Part shown: positions 28,661 through 41,329 of the stretch, in pieces
How the letters are laid out: the number at the start of each line of letters is the position of its first letter
Position numbering within the stretch: position 1 is the first letter of the stretch
Assembly: GCF_009914755.1 (NCBI RefSeq)
Contig: NC_060926.1
Origin: the human T2T-CHM13v2.0 reference genome, Homo sapiens
DNA length: 64,000 nt
Direction: 5' to 3' (one strand)
Notes under the pieces: model-generated
What the model saw: only the letters and a program-made list of their open reading frames with translations
The model's database searches: none
Told to the model about the DNA's origin: nothing
Program-made: the position numbers and the translations under genes

Positions 28661-30254
28661 CACTTGTCTTAGCACAAAGGCTCCAAACATTAAAAATGGG
28701 ATGGTGGTGACTTCAAGATCCAAATCCATGAATGTTGGAAGGCACTTGTTCAGCACAGATGTGTGTGGCCTTGCACATGTTGAGTGTGAGTTAACAGTAA
28801 AACATCCAAGTAAAACAGAACAGTAAGTTATGGAGACACCGGCTTGGAGCCTGAGCAACAGGGTAGGAACTGAGATACAAGCTGGAGAGTCAGCAACACA
28901 GGAGCAACAGGTAAATTCGAGACTACGGAAAACACGCTTTTGAAAACTTCATCTTTTTTTCCATTTCCATAGCCATATTCCTCAAGCCAATCCCAATCGT
29001 CTCCTGTTTGAACTATCCAAGTGCAAAACTTCATTAATACATATTCCTGTTATCATTACTACAAAATGTTAAATGATGCTTTATGGTCCCTAGTCGTTTA
29101 TTGTATGCATTATCCATTGAAAAGATCATACAGATTTTTATACTAATCAACCACTTTCAGTAGCTGTCTACACACACAAATGAGGAATGGAATTTGGGAA
29201 TAGAAATCACATGTGTTTTTAACAGCCATACTACATAAGTGTTCTTTCCCTTTGAATAATATACATTATTTCTTAAATTACTGTTTTGGGCGAATAAATA
29301 TACCTGCTATATAACTTAAATTGATAAGATTTAAAAATTATCATTATATATGATAAAGCTTGAAAATCATAATCTTGCATATTCTTGCATGAAAAGACTT
29401 ACACAATTTATGTAAATTTTGTTTTTAATGACCTTAGAATCACTTTATGTGGCAAAAAAGCAGCAATATCTCAAAGTCAAGTTTCATTTGTAGAGACATT
29501 TACGTGCTTACAGTTGGATTGAATCCCAGGAATAGTTAGTCTTTCTGTTTCACTTGGATTTTCTCCTAAGGTTAGGATCATTGGCAATTTTCTCCATCTT
29601 TGGTAGGTCTCACATGCCAGTTTTTTTGTTTGTTTTATTTTTAAAATTTTGTAACATTTACATGTGAACTCCTGAAACCATTGCAGTTAGTTAAAAGTAT
29701 TTCTGATTTAAATAGACTGTATTCTATTCAGGCACACAAAAGTCACTTGCTAGTTTTCTGGATGAAGAACAGTATTAATCTGTAATGTTGTTTATCTTAA
29801 TAATTAGAATTTAACTGAGAGTCAATTTTCCGTTTATTTAAATTGATGCAATGACTAGATGTTAGTTTACAATTTAAAATGGTATGGGGGAAGAAAATCC
29901 CTGAATGCACCATTTTAATTTAACTTTTTATTGATTTTGCTGATTATATGTTAAATAAGTGCTCATCAATTCTCTGTCTGGTTTTACTAAATTTTCCTTT
30001 TCCGTAAGCACAGATCTAGTAATCCATCTTGTAGTGTTTTAAATCTACTTCTAAGTATATACATCACTTGTGATGTGGTTAACAGCATAAAATACATGTG
30101 AAATTTATATTTAAAACAATTACATTTTTATGTAACATATATATACAGTAACTAAAGATGTAAATCATATGAAGAAAAATTCAGAACCCCTGTTACAACA
30201 TATTAAAAAAGGAGAGATGTTAAAAACAAATTTTTATCTACTTTGTCATTAATG

Positions 30255-30475
30255 ACTTCATTTTATAGATGAAAGTTCTCAGGCTGTTAAACGAACTGCC
30301 CAAGACACATACACACTCACAGGTGCACATGTGCACACATACACACACACTCACACCCTTGGACCAACTCTATTTTGTTGACTGCTATGTTCTCACTGCT
30401 TGCTGTAGTCTCAGTGTAAAGTCTGGATCAAAACAGATAATGAACAAATATTTGTTGAATGTTTGACTGATTCAG
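30255..30475. mobile_element. MIR fragment, (CA)n tract and L2 3' end
   Basis: 'cattttatagatgaaag...aactgcccaagacaca'; 'aaatatttgttgaatg'. Confidence 0.5.
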
Positions 30476-33400
30476 AAATAGACTCCAAGTCTTTTGACAT
30501 GAAATTCATTGTTCTTCCCAAAACATGAATGGAAACATTTAAAATATCCTTCTCTATCTTCTAGTCTTACTGGGAGAATAGAATGTGATAATTGTGTGAA
30601 AGAAACTTAAAATTATGTAAGTGCATGGAAATCTAAGTCAGCGTTATTATCATTATAGTTTAAGTTTATAAAATGTCTCATTTCTCTTACCATTTAAGAA
30701 AGGAAAAATTAACTAGAATGGCAATTTAGTATACGTGCTACTGAAGTGAGCACAAGAATGGCAATTTTAGATACAACTATTTGATCTTTGTGAATGATCT
30801 GACTAGGAAAAAGAAAAATATTTCCTACAGCATTTGGGCTTAAATAATGGAAATTTCATTTTTAATGGTAATTCTATAAGGAAAGATAATTCCTTATTAT
30901 ATACCAATCTTACAGCATAATGAACCAAACACTTGTTTGAGAGTTTTAATCTAGATTTTCATAAGTTAAAAAATAACATAAAATAGAAGTTTTCAGTCAA
31001 TCACATCTTAAAATTCTTTCTTTAATATGAAAATCTATACCACAACTTATACTGTAAATTGCTTTAGATTCCTTTTTTATTTAGCAGGATTTTGAAATAA
31101 AGAATAGAGTTGTCATCAATACCATTAATCAAATCACAGCTAATAAAAAATGCATTAGTAAATAAAGACTTATAAAAGGGCACCTGATTTTGGCATAATT
31201 AAAAATACTTATGACGAAATAGTGTTAGAAAATCTTACGGCAGTACAATATATATGTTAACTGGGAAAAGGTTATCTAAAATCATTTAAACATATCCCAA
31301 CTTAAATTATAACCATTGTGGAAGTCAAAACCATAGGATTGTGCCTGCTAATTTAGTTACAAAGTCAATAATATAGAAATTAGTTTGTTAAATCACCATC
31401 CTGCATACTATAAGGATACCTAGACAGTAACCTCATATGGGGAGCACTCAAAATCATTTGGACCAATTTTTTAAAGCCGTTTTGAAATAATTTACTTCCA
31501 AATCAAGATATTAAATGCCAGCTTCTAACCAGCAATAATGCTTATGGCTAAGATAGAAATGAGATTCTTTACAGAAACGCTGACACAGCCTTAACTGTAA
31601 GCACTTGAGTGTGCAGCTATAATTCTTTTTTCAAATCTTTCCCAGTAAAGCTTCAGGTAAAAGAGTCCACAGAATATGTAAACGGTAAGAGACAGTCTAG
31701 AGCTTTTACAAAATCACAAACCTGTGACACATTTATATTCATCTTTGATTGCTACCACTAAACGACTAAATCATTCAAGGTGTATTGATTAGCTCTTTAA
31801 TAGATAAAAGGTGGGCGGTGTCTTATATAAACCAACATTTCTTAATACATTTGATTGGCAAGAACTACACATTTTAAGCTGACAATGTAAACCCCTAAAA
31901 TATTTTTCCAAAAAGCTTTCTGCCTTATTTAGCATTACAATTACTAATCAAAAACCATAAAAAAGAAAAAATTACAAAAAAATACAGAACAAAGATTAAG
32001 AAAGCTTTTCTTTTCCATTCGGAAACTAAACAATAAAATAATTTCCCAAGCAGTCATTTTTCTGTATGGAAGGCATTCACAACTGGACCAGATAACATAA
32101 TACCAGAATAAACCAAGGGAATACAACTTGTACTGGGAGGTGGGTGACTGGAACCAAGGATTTAATTGTCTAATCTTAATTTTCATTTTTTAAAGTGTGT
32201 AAAATAATGATGCTTATAATGAGGAGTTCATTTTAATGCACGGCCAACTCTAAGTCATAACAATGATATAGTGGTGTTTTTTTTTTTTTTTTCCTTCACA
32301 TTGTCATATAGCCAACAGAGGACTATTCATCCGGCACTGGAAAATACTATTTTGATGTTTATTGATCAAGGCTGTATGAGGAAAGTTGTCATTTTTGAAT
32401 GGAAGATAGTAAAGAGTTATCAATTCTTGTAAGTACAGAAGAAGAAATAAATAGAATCATCAGACTAAACAAATATTAAAATTATTAGTTTTAATGTAAG
32501 TACCCTTAATAAATTATGTGGTACTAAAAAGATGAACTTAAAATTTTACCATCTTTCATCACAAGGATCTGATTTTATAGGATTCTAAAAATTTGCCAAC
32601 TTACATTGCTTTTAACTAATATTTTATTTTGTAAACTCAGCATTGTATCACAGTAAAACAAGTTAAAATGTGTAAGAAACTGATTTTTTAAATCAGCCCT
32701 AAATTTTATCTTAAACGTTAGCTAATCATTCATTTAAATTAAAATTTATTCTTTTTTTAATCTTCTTTTTACTTAAAGGCAAAAAATCACACTTATTACC
32801 AGTTACAAATCATCATGCAAATCTGTAAACAGTTGACATCTGGTGAAGTCTTTACCTTGTATCATGATGAAGCAACACTCATTTTGATATAATATTCATT
32901 TCAAATGCTAATTTTTTTCTTCATTAGTGGCAGAAAAGATATAACATGCTCTTAATATTCTTTATAAGAGTATGTTGCTGAATAAGAATTTTTAAAAAAG
33001 GAATATGTTCAAGATGGATATTTAAATCTTGCAAATAGTAATCCCATTAATTAGCTATAGCAACCTGTCTGTTAAAAGCACTATACACAGGCCAGGAAAA
33101 TGGGCAAGGACAGGTAAGAGACATACATTCTTCCTAGCCTACTTGCAGTATTTATCAATTCCGCTTACTGTTTTCTTAGAAGTTTTAAATATCACATAAA
33201 CAGGTAAAAAAATTCTAGTTATTGTGACTGTATTATATATACGTGTATATTATATATGTTATATATAACCATAGTTAGTGACTTATTTGGGCTCAATTCC
33301 CTGTGACTGCTTTCAGAAACAAACAGGTAATTTTCATATCACTAAATGTTCAATATGCCCAAATGAATCTATTATTCTTTTAAAATATTTAATATTTTTT

Positions 33401-34747
33401 ATAAGTATGTTCTTCAGGCTGGCAGTGCAGATAGAAAAGTAAAATCCAATTTCGACAATAAGGTAACTTCACTCCTCCCTCACCAAAAAATTAAAAAAAA
33501 AAAAAAAAAAAAAAGCCTTATGTCAGCAAAGGGCAGATTTTTTTAGTACATATGGTTCCTAGAAAAGTAAATGACTAGTTTCATATCTAGAAAATATTTT
33601 ATCCCCTTGCTGTTAGGATTTAACAAAGAAGTTCAATATCAGCTGAAAAAGGTAGAACAAAACTATGAGCCATCCAAATGAGCAAATCATGATCTGTCCT
33701 TTTTGACACCTACTGGAGTAGGGCATATGCTGGGATTGGGGAATATTTCAATTTAGATATGCTCAGCCACTCTGTTTTCCTTTCACATTCTAACCCCCTT
33801 GTGTTATAAGGCTGGCAACAGCTCTAAGAATGTGGAGAATGTAAACAGCCTTTTATTGTCCGAAGGGATGGCAGCGTAAGGAATGTGTGCTTATCAACAG
33901 GGCTGCAGCTCCCTACCTCACTTACCATGATAAAGTGCTCCAGGAGAAAAACATTACAACCCAAGCACAATCCCAAAATGGATTAGAATTTGACATAAGC
34001 TTTTTTAAAAGCAAATCAATCAGTCCATGCTGTAATATTAGAATCTAGCTCTTAAGGAGAGCATATAATCCCTTCAAGATGTATTTCCTATTCCTTACTG
34101 ACTATGGCGGTGTGGAAAAAAAAAATATCTAACATTTCCAATATAGTAGCTGGGAGAAGAACTTTTCCCCGACACGTGCCCAAATATATTTTCTCATCTT
34201 TAAGAGCCTATCACACTGCTTACGGAGCAGATACACAGTTCATATTTATTAAATGCAAAATTAATGAACTAAGATTCGTGAAGATATTCTGAAGACCCCA
34301 CATAAACACCTGATTTCCCCAGGCTTTTCCTTACACACACCATACAAATGCTGCTTTGTTAGATCACCTTTTATTAGAATCCAGACTAAAAAATTTTAAA
34401 GCAAGGGATACTAAAGATTAATGTGGCATATATTTTGGATTCATAATGCCTAAGATGTAAAATGTATTTTAACATGGAGTATTGTAGATAGCCAGTATGT
34501 GATGGCTCATTCAAGGATATTTGGGCATATCATTGCATTTTCTTCTTGATGCCATTGAAGAGTTTCTGAGTTAACGCTGTGCAGGTGAAGCTAATCTCCA
34601 CCGTAACAAGCATGGACCACGGGCATCTCAGAGGTCTCTCCACCTTTTAGAGTTCCTTCCACCCTCAGAACTTGCAAAGTGCCTCTGCCTTAACAATATC
34701 ATACATATCATAAACTTTCAAAGTTACTTGATTTTCCCCCTAATAGG

Positions 34748-34798
34748 AAAAGAAAGAGACAAAGAGAACGAGAGAGAGAGCGAGCGAGAGAGAAGAGA
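34748..34798. repeat. GA-rich simple repeat at the intronic edge of the CpG island
   Basis: 'gagagagagagcgagcgagagagaagagac'. Confidence 0.8.
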
Positions 34799-35850
34799 CT
34801 GTCATCTTCTAAGTGCTTGGGCAAAGTCTTAAGTATGAGGACCAAAGAAACTATGGCATCAGGAGAAAGCCCTCTTAATAGCACCCTAACAAGGCAAGAG
34901 CTAAGTGACCAGAAGAAATCCATCACAGATGCTGACCCAGCCAAAGCACTCCCCTTCTGTAATTTTACTTTAAAAGTTTCTTCTTGAAGATCTTACTTTG
35001 GTTTTCCCTCAACTATAATTAGCCATGCATATAGAACATAGGCGTATATCAGGAGGAGGAGAGCGTGGCGCCTCGCGGGAAGAGAGAAGAGAGTGACAAC
35101 GCGAACCCCAAACCACATTTTAATACGTTTCTTATTCCTCAGCGCCTCCGAGCCACCCAGACCAGGCGGGCGGTCTCCCTGAAAAGACAGCTTCGAGATG
35201 CCCGAGAGGGGGCTCCTGCGCGGAGCTGGGCATGAAAGTTATATCTTGTGTCCCCAGCTGGCAGAAAGCCCCATCCCAGTCCCTAGCGCCAGACGGAAAA
35301 CGAAGAGAAATCCAAGCTGTCCCCCAAATCCGTATTTTGCCTAAGTTTTCCCCCAGCAAGGCGCCACTACCTGGCTCTGAGAACGAGGATGCATGCACTA
35401 TGCTGTGCTTTGGGAGAAGTGTCTGTGTGCATCTGGGCAAAACACCACGTGAAAAATAAACACCACCAAGCCTCTCAAACTGTGAACAGGAGGAAGGTCT
35501 TTCTGCCCCTTCTCATCCTATCAATTTACTTTCCTTCCTCTCCTTGACCGCTTATCAATAAACCGCTTCCTTCTCCCGGACCTACTTCCCGGCCACCTTC
35601 TGCCTACTTTACCCCAGCGCTCAAGTCCCAACCCGTGCTAAGCCCCTGAGTCGCCTGTAGATCCCGTCTATTCCGTTCTTCAATTCTTCCCTTTCGACCT
35701 CTAAGGCAACCCAAAACTCCTTGCCCTCCGCGCGCCCCCAACCCCACTTCCCAAGCAGGCCCAGGCTGGGCTCCAAGTCAGCCGCCTGCGCGGTTTTCCC
35801 GCCGAAACGCGTCCCCGGCGTGTGGGACGGCGCGCGGGCCGGGCACTCAC

Positions 35851-35901
35851 CAGCTGCAGCAAGCCAGGGACCACCACGAGGGGCAGCGGCCGCAGGCGCA
35901 T
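35851..35901 (-). CDS. NXPH2: Neurexophilin-2, first coding exon (17 codons, most of the signal peptide); rest of CDS lies beyond the left edge of the window
   Basis: Minus strand reads gccggcaccATG CGC CTG...CAG CTG|GTGAGT: good Kozak (A at -3), peptide MRLRPLPLVVVPGLLQL matches my recollection of the human NXPH2 N-terminus, canonical phase-0 donor at 35845-35850, located in a CpG island. Confidence 0.93.
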
Positions 35902-36050
35902 GGTGCCGGCTGGCGCGGCTTTTCACGAGCTGCGCGCCCTCGCCTGCCTCTCGCGCATCTCCACTTCGCGGGGCAGGACTGAGGACGCCAGGGACACAGC
36001 GCGGCGCTTCCCTCCCGGAATCCGAGCGCTGCGCCGTGCCGCGCAGCTCT
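35902..36050 (-). other. NXPH2: NXPH2 5' UTR part of exon 1 (upper boundary/TSS approximate)
   Basis: GC-rich sequence contiguous with the ATG and no obvious pyrimidine-tract acceptor before it; exact TSS cannot be read from sequence. Confidence 0.6.
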
Positions 36051-37169
36051 GGCCGGGTGGGCGGGCAGGGAAGGGGGAGGGTGGGCGGACCGGAGGTGCC
36101 TCTCCCGGCCCCCCGCGCGCCCCTCCTCGGAGGGGGCCGGCAAAGAGCCTGCGGGGCAGCTCGAGCTCCGGCACGCGGCGGGGGGCTTCAGTCGCGCCTT
36201 GGACTCTCCCGCTTGGCCGGGCTTGGGGTGAGCGCGTGGGGCGCCTGCGGGAGGGAGGCGGCGGCTCGGGCGCTTGGGTGATGGGTTCAGTGCGAGGCTG
36301 CCCTCCAGATCCGATCCCGCCGGGCGGATGCCTGGCCGAGCTGAGCACGCCTGGCCAGCCGGTGCCCCAGAGCCCCGAGAGGCCGGGTGCCTCCTCCCAC
36401 CCCCGCCCAGGAGAAGGCCGGTCCGAGAGGCTCCACTGTGCCAAGCGCCCTGCCAACTGACTGGCTCTCGCTTTGGCTGGGGAGATTGGGGATGAGGGGA
36501 AGAAAAGGTTCTCCCTGGGTGGCTGCAAGAAAGAGTGCGCCCGCCTGGAGAGCGCCCAGAGAGTTTAGGAGGGGAAGGCGATTGCAGAGTCCTGGGGCGG
36601 GGCGTGGGGGGCTGCGAACGGAAAAGGCTGGGGCGGGGAGGTGAGGCTGGAGCCCAGGACGCCCTGGGAGAGTGCCCTACTCTGCCGCAGCGCCAAGCTC
36701 GCAGAGCCGCGGGTAAGGGGTACAAAGTGCGCCTGGTGCGGCTGGAAGGATTTCTGGGGTTGGGGAGTAATGGGGACCTCGAGGGACCAGGAGCAGAACT
36801 GTGAGAAACGGAGCTAGGTGATGTCTGGTTTACTCCGGTTTGGGGATGGTATAGACAGCTAGGTGTCCTGAAGACAGACAAAGTTGCTCCCAGACCTTCT
36901 GCCCGGGCTTTGGAGAAGCAGAATAAAGGCAGGATACCCCACCACAGCCTCCGACTTCAGAAATATTGGAGAGGGGTATCTTTGCGGACGGGCGAAGGTG
37001 CAAACCTGATGCCTGTGAGCCTCGACCTCCGTGTTAACAACTCGCCATTGGAGAGATCCTTAACCTTTTACTATCTTTGTGCTGGACACTCGAGTGGAAA
37101 AATCAAAGGCAATGGGGCTCACAGACCTGCACTGTTTTTACGGTAGATCAGAGTTTGGGCGTCATTCGT

Positions 37170-37290
37170 CACTCCTTTATTGAACAGGTGGGAAACCTAA
37201 GGTCCAGAGAGATACATTCACTTCTCCAAGGATGAGACTTTAGGCAGTTGCTCCGACAGAATACCCAAGGCGAGAATGCTTCTTACATCT
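37170..37290 (-). mobile_element. MIR fragment
   Basis: 'acaggtgggaaacctaaggtccagagag...cacttctccaagg'. Confidence 0.55.
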
Positions 37291-38849
37291 AGAAACGCAA
37301 AGCTCTTAGAGAAGAAAACCATGTTGAAGCAAGGGAGTAGAATTGCAATTGATTTCTAGGCTTTAAAAAATAAACCCAACAAAAAGCACAGATTAAGTTG
37401 TAATTTTTGGACAAAAAAAAAAAAGTTTCCTTCTCCTCTGCTTACCACCCCCACCCCAAAATAGAAATGAAGGAGGGTTGTTAAATCTTAGCGGTTGAAG
37501 CAGAGCAGCCTTGGTCCTAGGTTTCAAAGGCAGGAGGATTGCTTTGACTAGGGCAAAATCCTACTATTCCTTTCACTGAGTGTGCCAAGATTGTGCAGAT
37601 GGGGAGGGAGGTTATTCCAGAGTGTTCTGGGATCCCAGTGTGAATTTGAGAGTGTGTTGTCCTTGAGCCTGCAGGTAGGGTATCTTTCCAGTACAACTCC
37701 ATTTCCTGTAGGGGGGGAGAGTGGCAAGCAAGGGGCATGCATCCTCCCTAAACCCTTGCTAAGCCTGACTGGGGGTTCCATGGTAAAGGATGCACCAGCT
37801 GCATCCCATTTCTGCTTGATCTCAGACTCTCCTTTTGCCTTGCAACAGACTCAAAAACAAAACCACTATTTGCATATCCAAATCTATATCTCACCCATTC
37901 CACTCCTCATCCCTACAAAAATTCCCTCTTTACCAAGGCTTAGAGCCCTGTTCTACCAGTTCTAGTAAATTATTCTGTCCCAAAAGCACAAATAAGAGGA
38001 TTTCAAAAACTGGAAGGATCTCTATTGGTTGATTTTGCCCAACTTTGCGTCCCTGGATAGGGCTGCATCTTATTTACAGACAACCTTTTCGAAACAAAAC
38101 GGACATAATAGGAAGGGTTTTGCAGAAACAGAGGAACCCCTTTCTGAAGAGGTACAGCTCGAAGAGGAGAGAGGCTAACCGCTTTGCAAGAGGCACTACC
38201 TCATTTAGACTTGGTGTCTCTGCCTGAGCTGAGCTGACTCATTTATAGAGCCAGAAGGTGAGGTCCTGTCTCCATTTGGTACTTTGGTAGTTTGCCATTC
38301 AGCTATCACAGGCTTTGTAAATGAGGAGGGCATGATTTAACACATTATTGAAATAAATAACAAAGTTGTTTAATTACTGGAATAGTTCACTTTTTTCCTT
38401 CAATTTGTTCATATTTCTTAGATCATTTTTGTTCTTTTGAGAAACTACATAAAGTTTAAAAGTGGAAGTTAAACTCAGACATGTGCCCTAGTAACACTAA
38501 GTATTCTTACAAAGAAACATGCTGAGGGATGTTGAATTCCAAGTTAAAAGCTAAAAAACAGTAGCGAACTTTCGTGCCCCAGTGATCAGGCCAGGTAAAA
38601 GAGAAGCCTAACAGCCCCACTAACCTAAGTCTGGCATTACTGTGTTTATTTATAAAATAACTACTGATCTTTCTGGATTCCTCCCAAATTTTGCTGTACA
38701 GACTACAGTAAAGAGAAAGAAAGAATGGAAAGAAGAAAGGGAGAGAGGGAGAAGAAAAGGATGAAGAGAGGCAGAAAAATAGAAGTATTTAAGACATTGT
38801 CCTCCAGCAGCATGCAGTCTGAGAAATATGCAGTAAACAAAACACAGTA

Positions 38850-39380
38850 GACAATACAGCAAAATATAAGTGTTGTTTAGTACAGCTGGAGAAAGGAAAG
38901 ATCATTGTAGGCCAGCACGAATGCTTCTTGGAAGAGACGAAACGTGAGTTTGCTCAGTTTCCAAGAATGGCCAAGATTAGTCTACATGGGAAAAAATGGA
39001 GGAGATCATTCTGTATGGGAGAAACAGAATGAGCAAAGGCAGAGTGGAGGGTTTTTATAGGGCATAATTGAGGGATGAACAAAAAGCAGCCCAGACTGTG
39101 ACTGGAGAAAATATGTTGAGGAAAAGTGAGAAGAAAGTTAGGTTATGGGCTGCGCTGTAGAGATCTGGGAATGCCAAACTAAACAGTTTAGACGTAATCT
39201 GGAGGAAATCATGGAGTCATAAACCTTTTTTGGAGTAGACAAGTCATGCATGAAGAGGCATGAAGATATAGAGGTGGAATGAGGAGATGGTCATGGTAGT
39301 TGGAAAGAAAGGAATAGAGGAATAGGGAGATGTGGGTACAAGGGCAACAGTGAAGAGTGAACTGTGAACAGGAACTGAAC
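38850..39380 (-). mobile_element. L2 fragment
   Basis: 'gcttcttggaagag', 'gggagaaacagaatgagcaaaggcagag', 'gaatgccaaactaaacagtttagac'. Confidence 0.65.
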
Positions 39381-39789
39381 TTGGGGTTTGAATATTTTTA
39401 AACTTTTCTAGCATAGTAGAGGAGCGTTTTTTTTTTTTAATCACCGCTTTTTCTCTTTTCCAGTCTATTTAACAACTAGAGAATCAGATCAGTGCTTTCT
39501 CATTTTGAAAGGTAGTCTTCACAGTGTGAGGGGAAAAAGAGTGGTTTTTTTTTTCTCATACAAACCCGTAGTAGAAAGTGGGACCTACCAAATTTTACTG
39601 CTACGTGATCCAGTTGTAGTCTTTTAAAAGCAAAGAACATATCTAGGGTTATGTTCAATGCTTTGAGATCAAATTTGTCAACTTATGGCTCATCCAGACC
39701 ATTAGTTTTTTCCAGTGCTTTCCCTGTACTTAACTTTCTCATCCCGTACTGTTCATTAGTATCATTACCAGAAAGTGGAGAAGGAAATA

Positions 39790-39975
39790 GTATGCATTTC
39801 AGAGTTTCAAGTGAATATTAGATAGTGTTCAACTTACTCACTTTACAGTTAAGAAAACAGGCCTGAAAAGTTCTGTGACTTGCATCAAGTCACCTAGAGA
39901 TGCTTGGGCGGATCCGTAAATTGATTCAAAGGCCTGAGATTCTCAGTGCACTGCCTGTTCCAGTTCATTACTCTG
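39790..39975 (-). mobile_element. MIR
   Basis: 'cactttacagttaagaaaacaggcctg...tgacttgcatcaagtcac'. Confidence 0.6.
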
Positions 39976-41329
39976 CCTCAGGTATTTTCCAATTGGCCAG
40001 CAGTTATAAAAGTTTTGATGTAGTCAACAAATGAACCTCTAGCTAATAATAAATGTGACAATGATCTATGAATGCTAAAAGCCTCAGGGTCTACCTTATA
40101 ATCAGGAAAACAGGTTTGACTATAAGGAGCCTGAAGCATTGATCTGGCAGTAATTTTAAAAGGGTATGAGGGAAAGGGAATGATATGGCGTGAGGCTACT
40201 GTGCAGCCCTCAGACTCAGGATTCCAGAACATGGTAGCATTTACCCCAAGGATAGGGGAAATTCTCAGGAAGGCTTCCAGCTTCTCAGACCTCTGCAATA
40301 GGAAGCTGGTGGGGTTTTTGGTAACAATTCTTAACAACTGTTATAAAATCCCTTTGAGTGGCCACTCTTTCTTTAGTGATTGAGTCACTTATTTAAGGAA
40401 ATGTGATGCTGTATTGTATTGAATCTCAACACCGATTGCATAATAGAATCACATGGAACTTCAAACATCACTGAGGGTGGGCTTGAACATTGATATTTTT
40501 CACCCAGGATATTTCAACATACAGCCATGGTTGGGCCCTACTACTCTACCAGGAACTTGTGTTTCTTTTCTCCACCCTCCCTCTATCCTTCCCTTCCTTC
40601 CTGCCTTTCTTCCATCCTCTACAGAATTATAGCCCTAATTGTTGGAATACGCTGAGGCTGTAACCAACTATCATTAGGACCTATTTACTTTCTTGATTCT
40701 GTAGGACCTTCTCAGGCAACAACTGGACATTTTCTTTGTAAATATTTAGCACGATTGGAGGATTTATGAAGTTTTATTGCATAAATTTATCATTTGTTCC
40801 AGGTTTAAACACAATTAACTGATCTGTAGTTAAAGTGCTTTTCTCCCAACCTTTGGTGGCTGCAATACTACCTCTTCATTATCTCTTCACTTGGATGCTG
40901 GAAGGAGGTAACAGGAGTGTGTTGGTAGTTGATGCAACTATCAGTAGTCAAGAGGAGAGGCTAGAGGGGAAGGGAGGCAGGCAGGATCCCAGCAGGCCCT
41001 GTGATGAAAGGGCACCTGGGTCAAGAGAACATCACTCAAGACTGACAAGGCAGCAAAGAGCTTCTTCCTGGGTGCCAATATTGCATCTCTACCAAATCAG
41101 AATGATTTGGTAAATGACTGATAAACCTGTCATTATCTTTCCATGGGTAGATAGAAATAAACCTGTCATTATTGTTCCATGTGTGTTCCCATGCATTGTC
41201 CACAGATGCATGATTATTTAACTGAATAATCACCTTGTCTACTTGTACATCAAACATGACAGCTTTCATTACAAAGGAATTATTTAACCTGCCTCAAATG
41301 TTGCTTCATATATGGAGCGAAAGCAGGGG

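Larger units (their letters stand above)
35040..37110. promoter_or_regulatory. CpG island / NXPH2 promoter
   Basis: Sharp rise in GC and CpG density (core ~35560-36790) relative to AT-rich flanks; GC boxes GGGGCGGGGC at 36594-36603 and GGGCGGGG at 36631-36638; spans exon 1. Confidence 0.92.

Noticed and set aside
33920-33928. Strong gene-strand donor ATG|GTAAGT
   Set aside because: No convincing acceptor within exon distance upstream.
35701-35850. Extension of the NXPH2 ORF to 66 aa
   Set aside because: Only read-through past the GTGAGT donor into the intron.
35621-36881. Long overlapping ORFs in the CpG island (344, 212, 201, 186 aa etc.)
   Set aside because: Pro/Arg/Gly/Ala-rich, present in several frames on both strands, no recognisable domain: expected stop-codon scarcity in GC-rich DNA.
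35040-37110. REST/NRSE or CTCF site in the promoter
   Set aside because: Only partial matches by eye (tcagcgcc near 35139; cgagagggggctc near 35203); a PWM scan would be needed.
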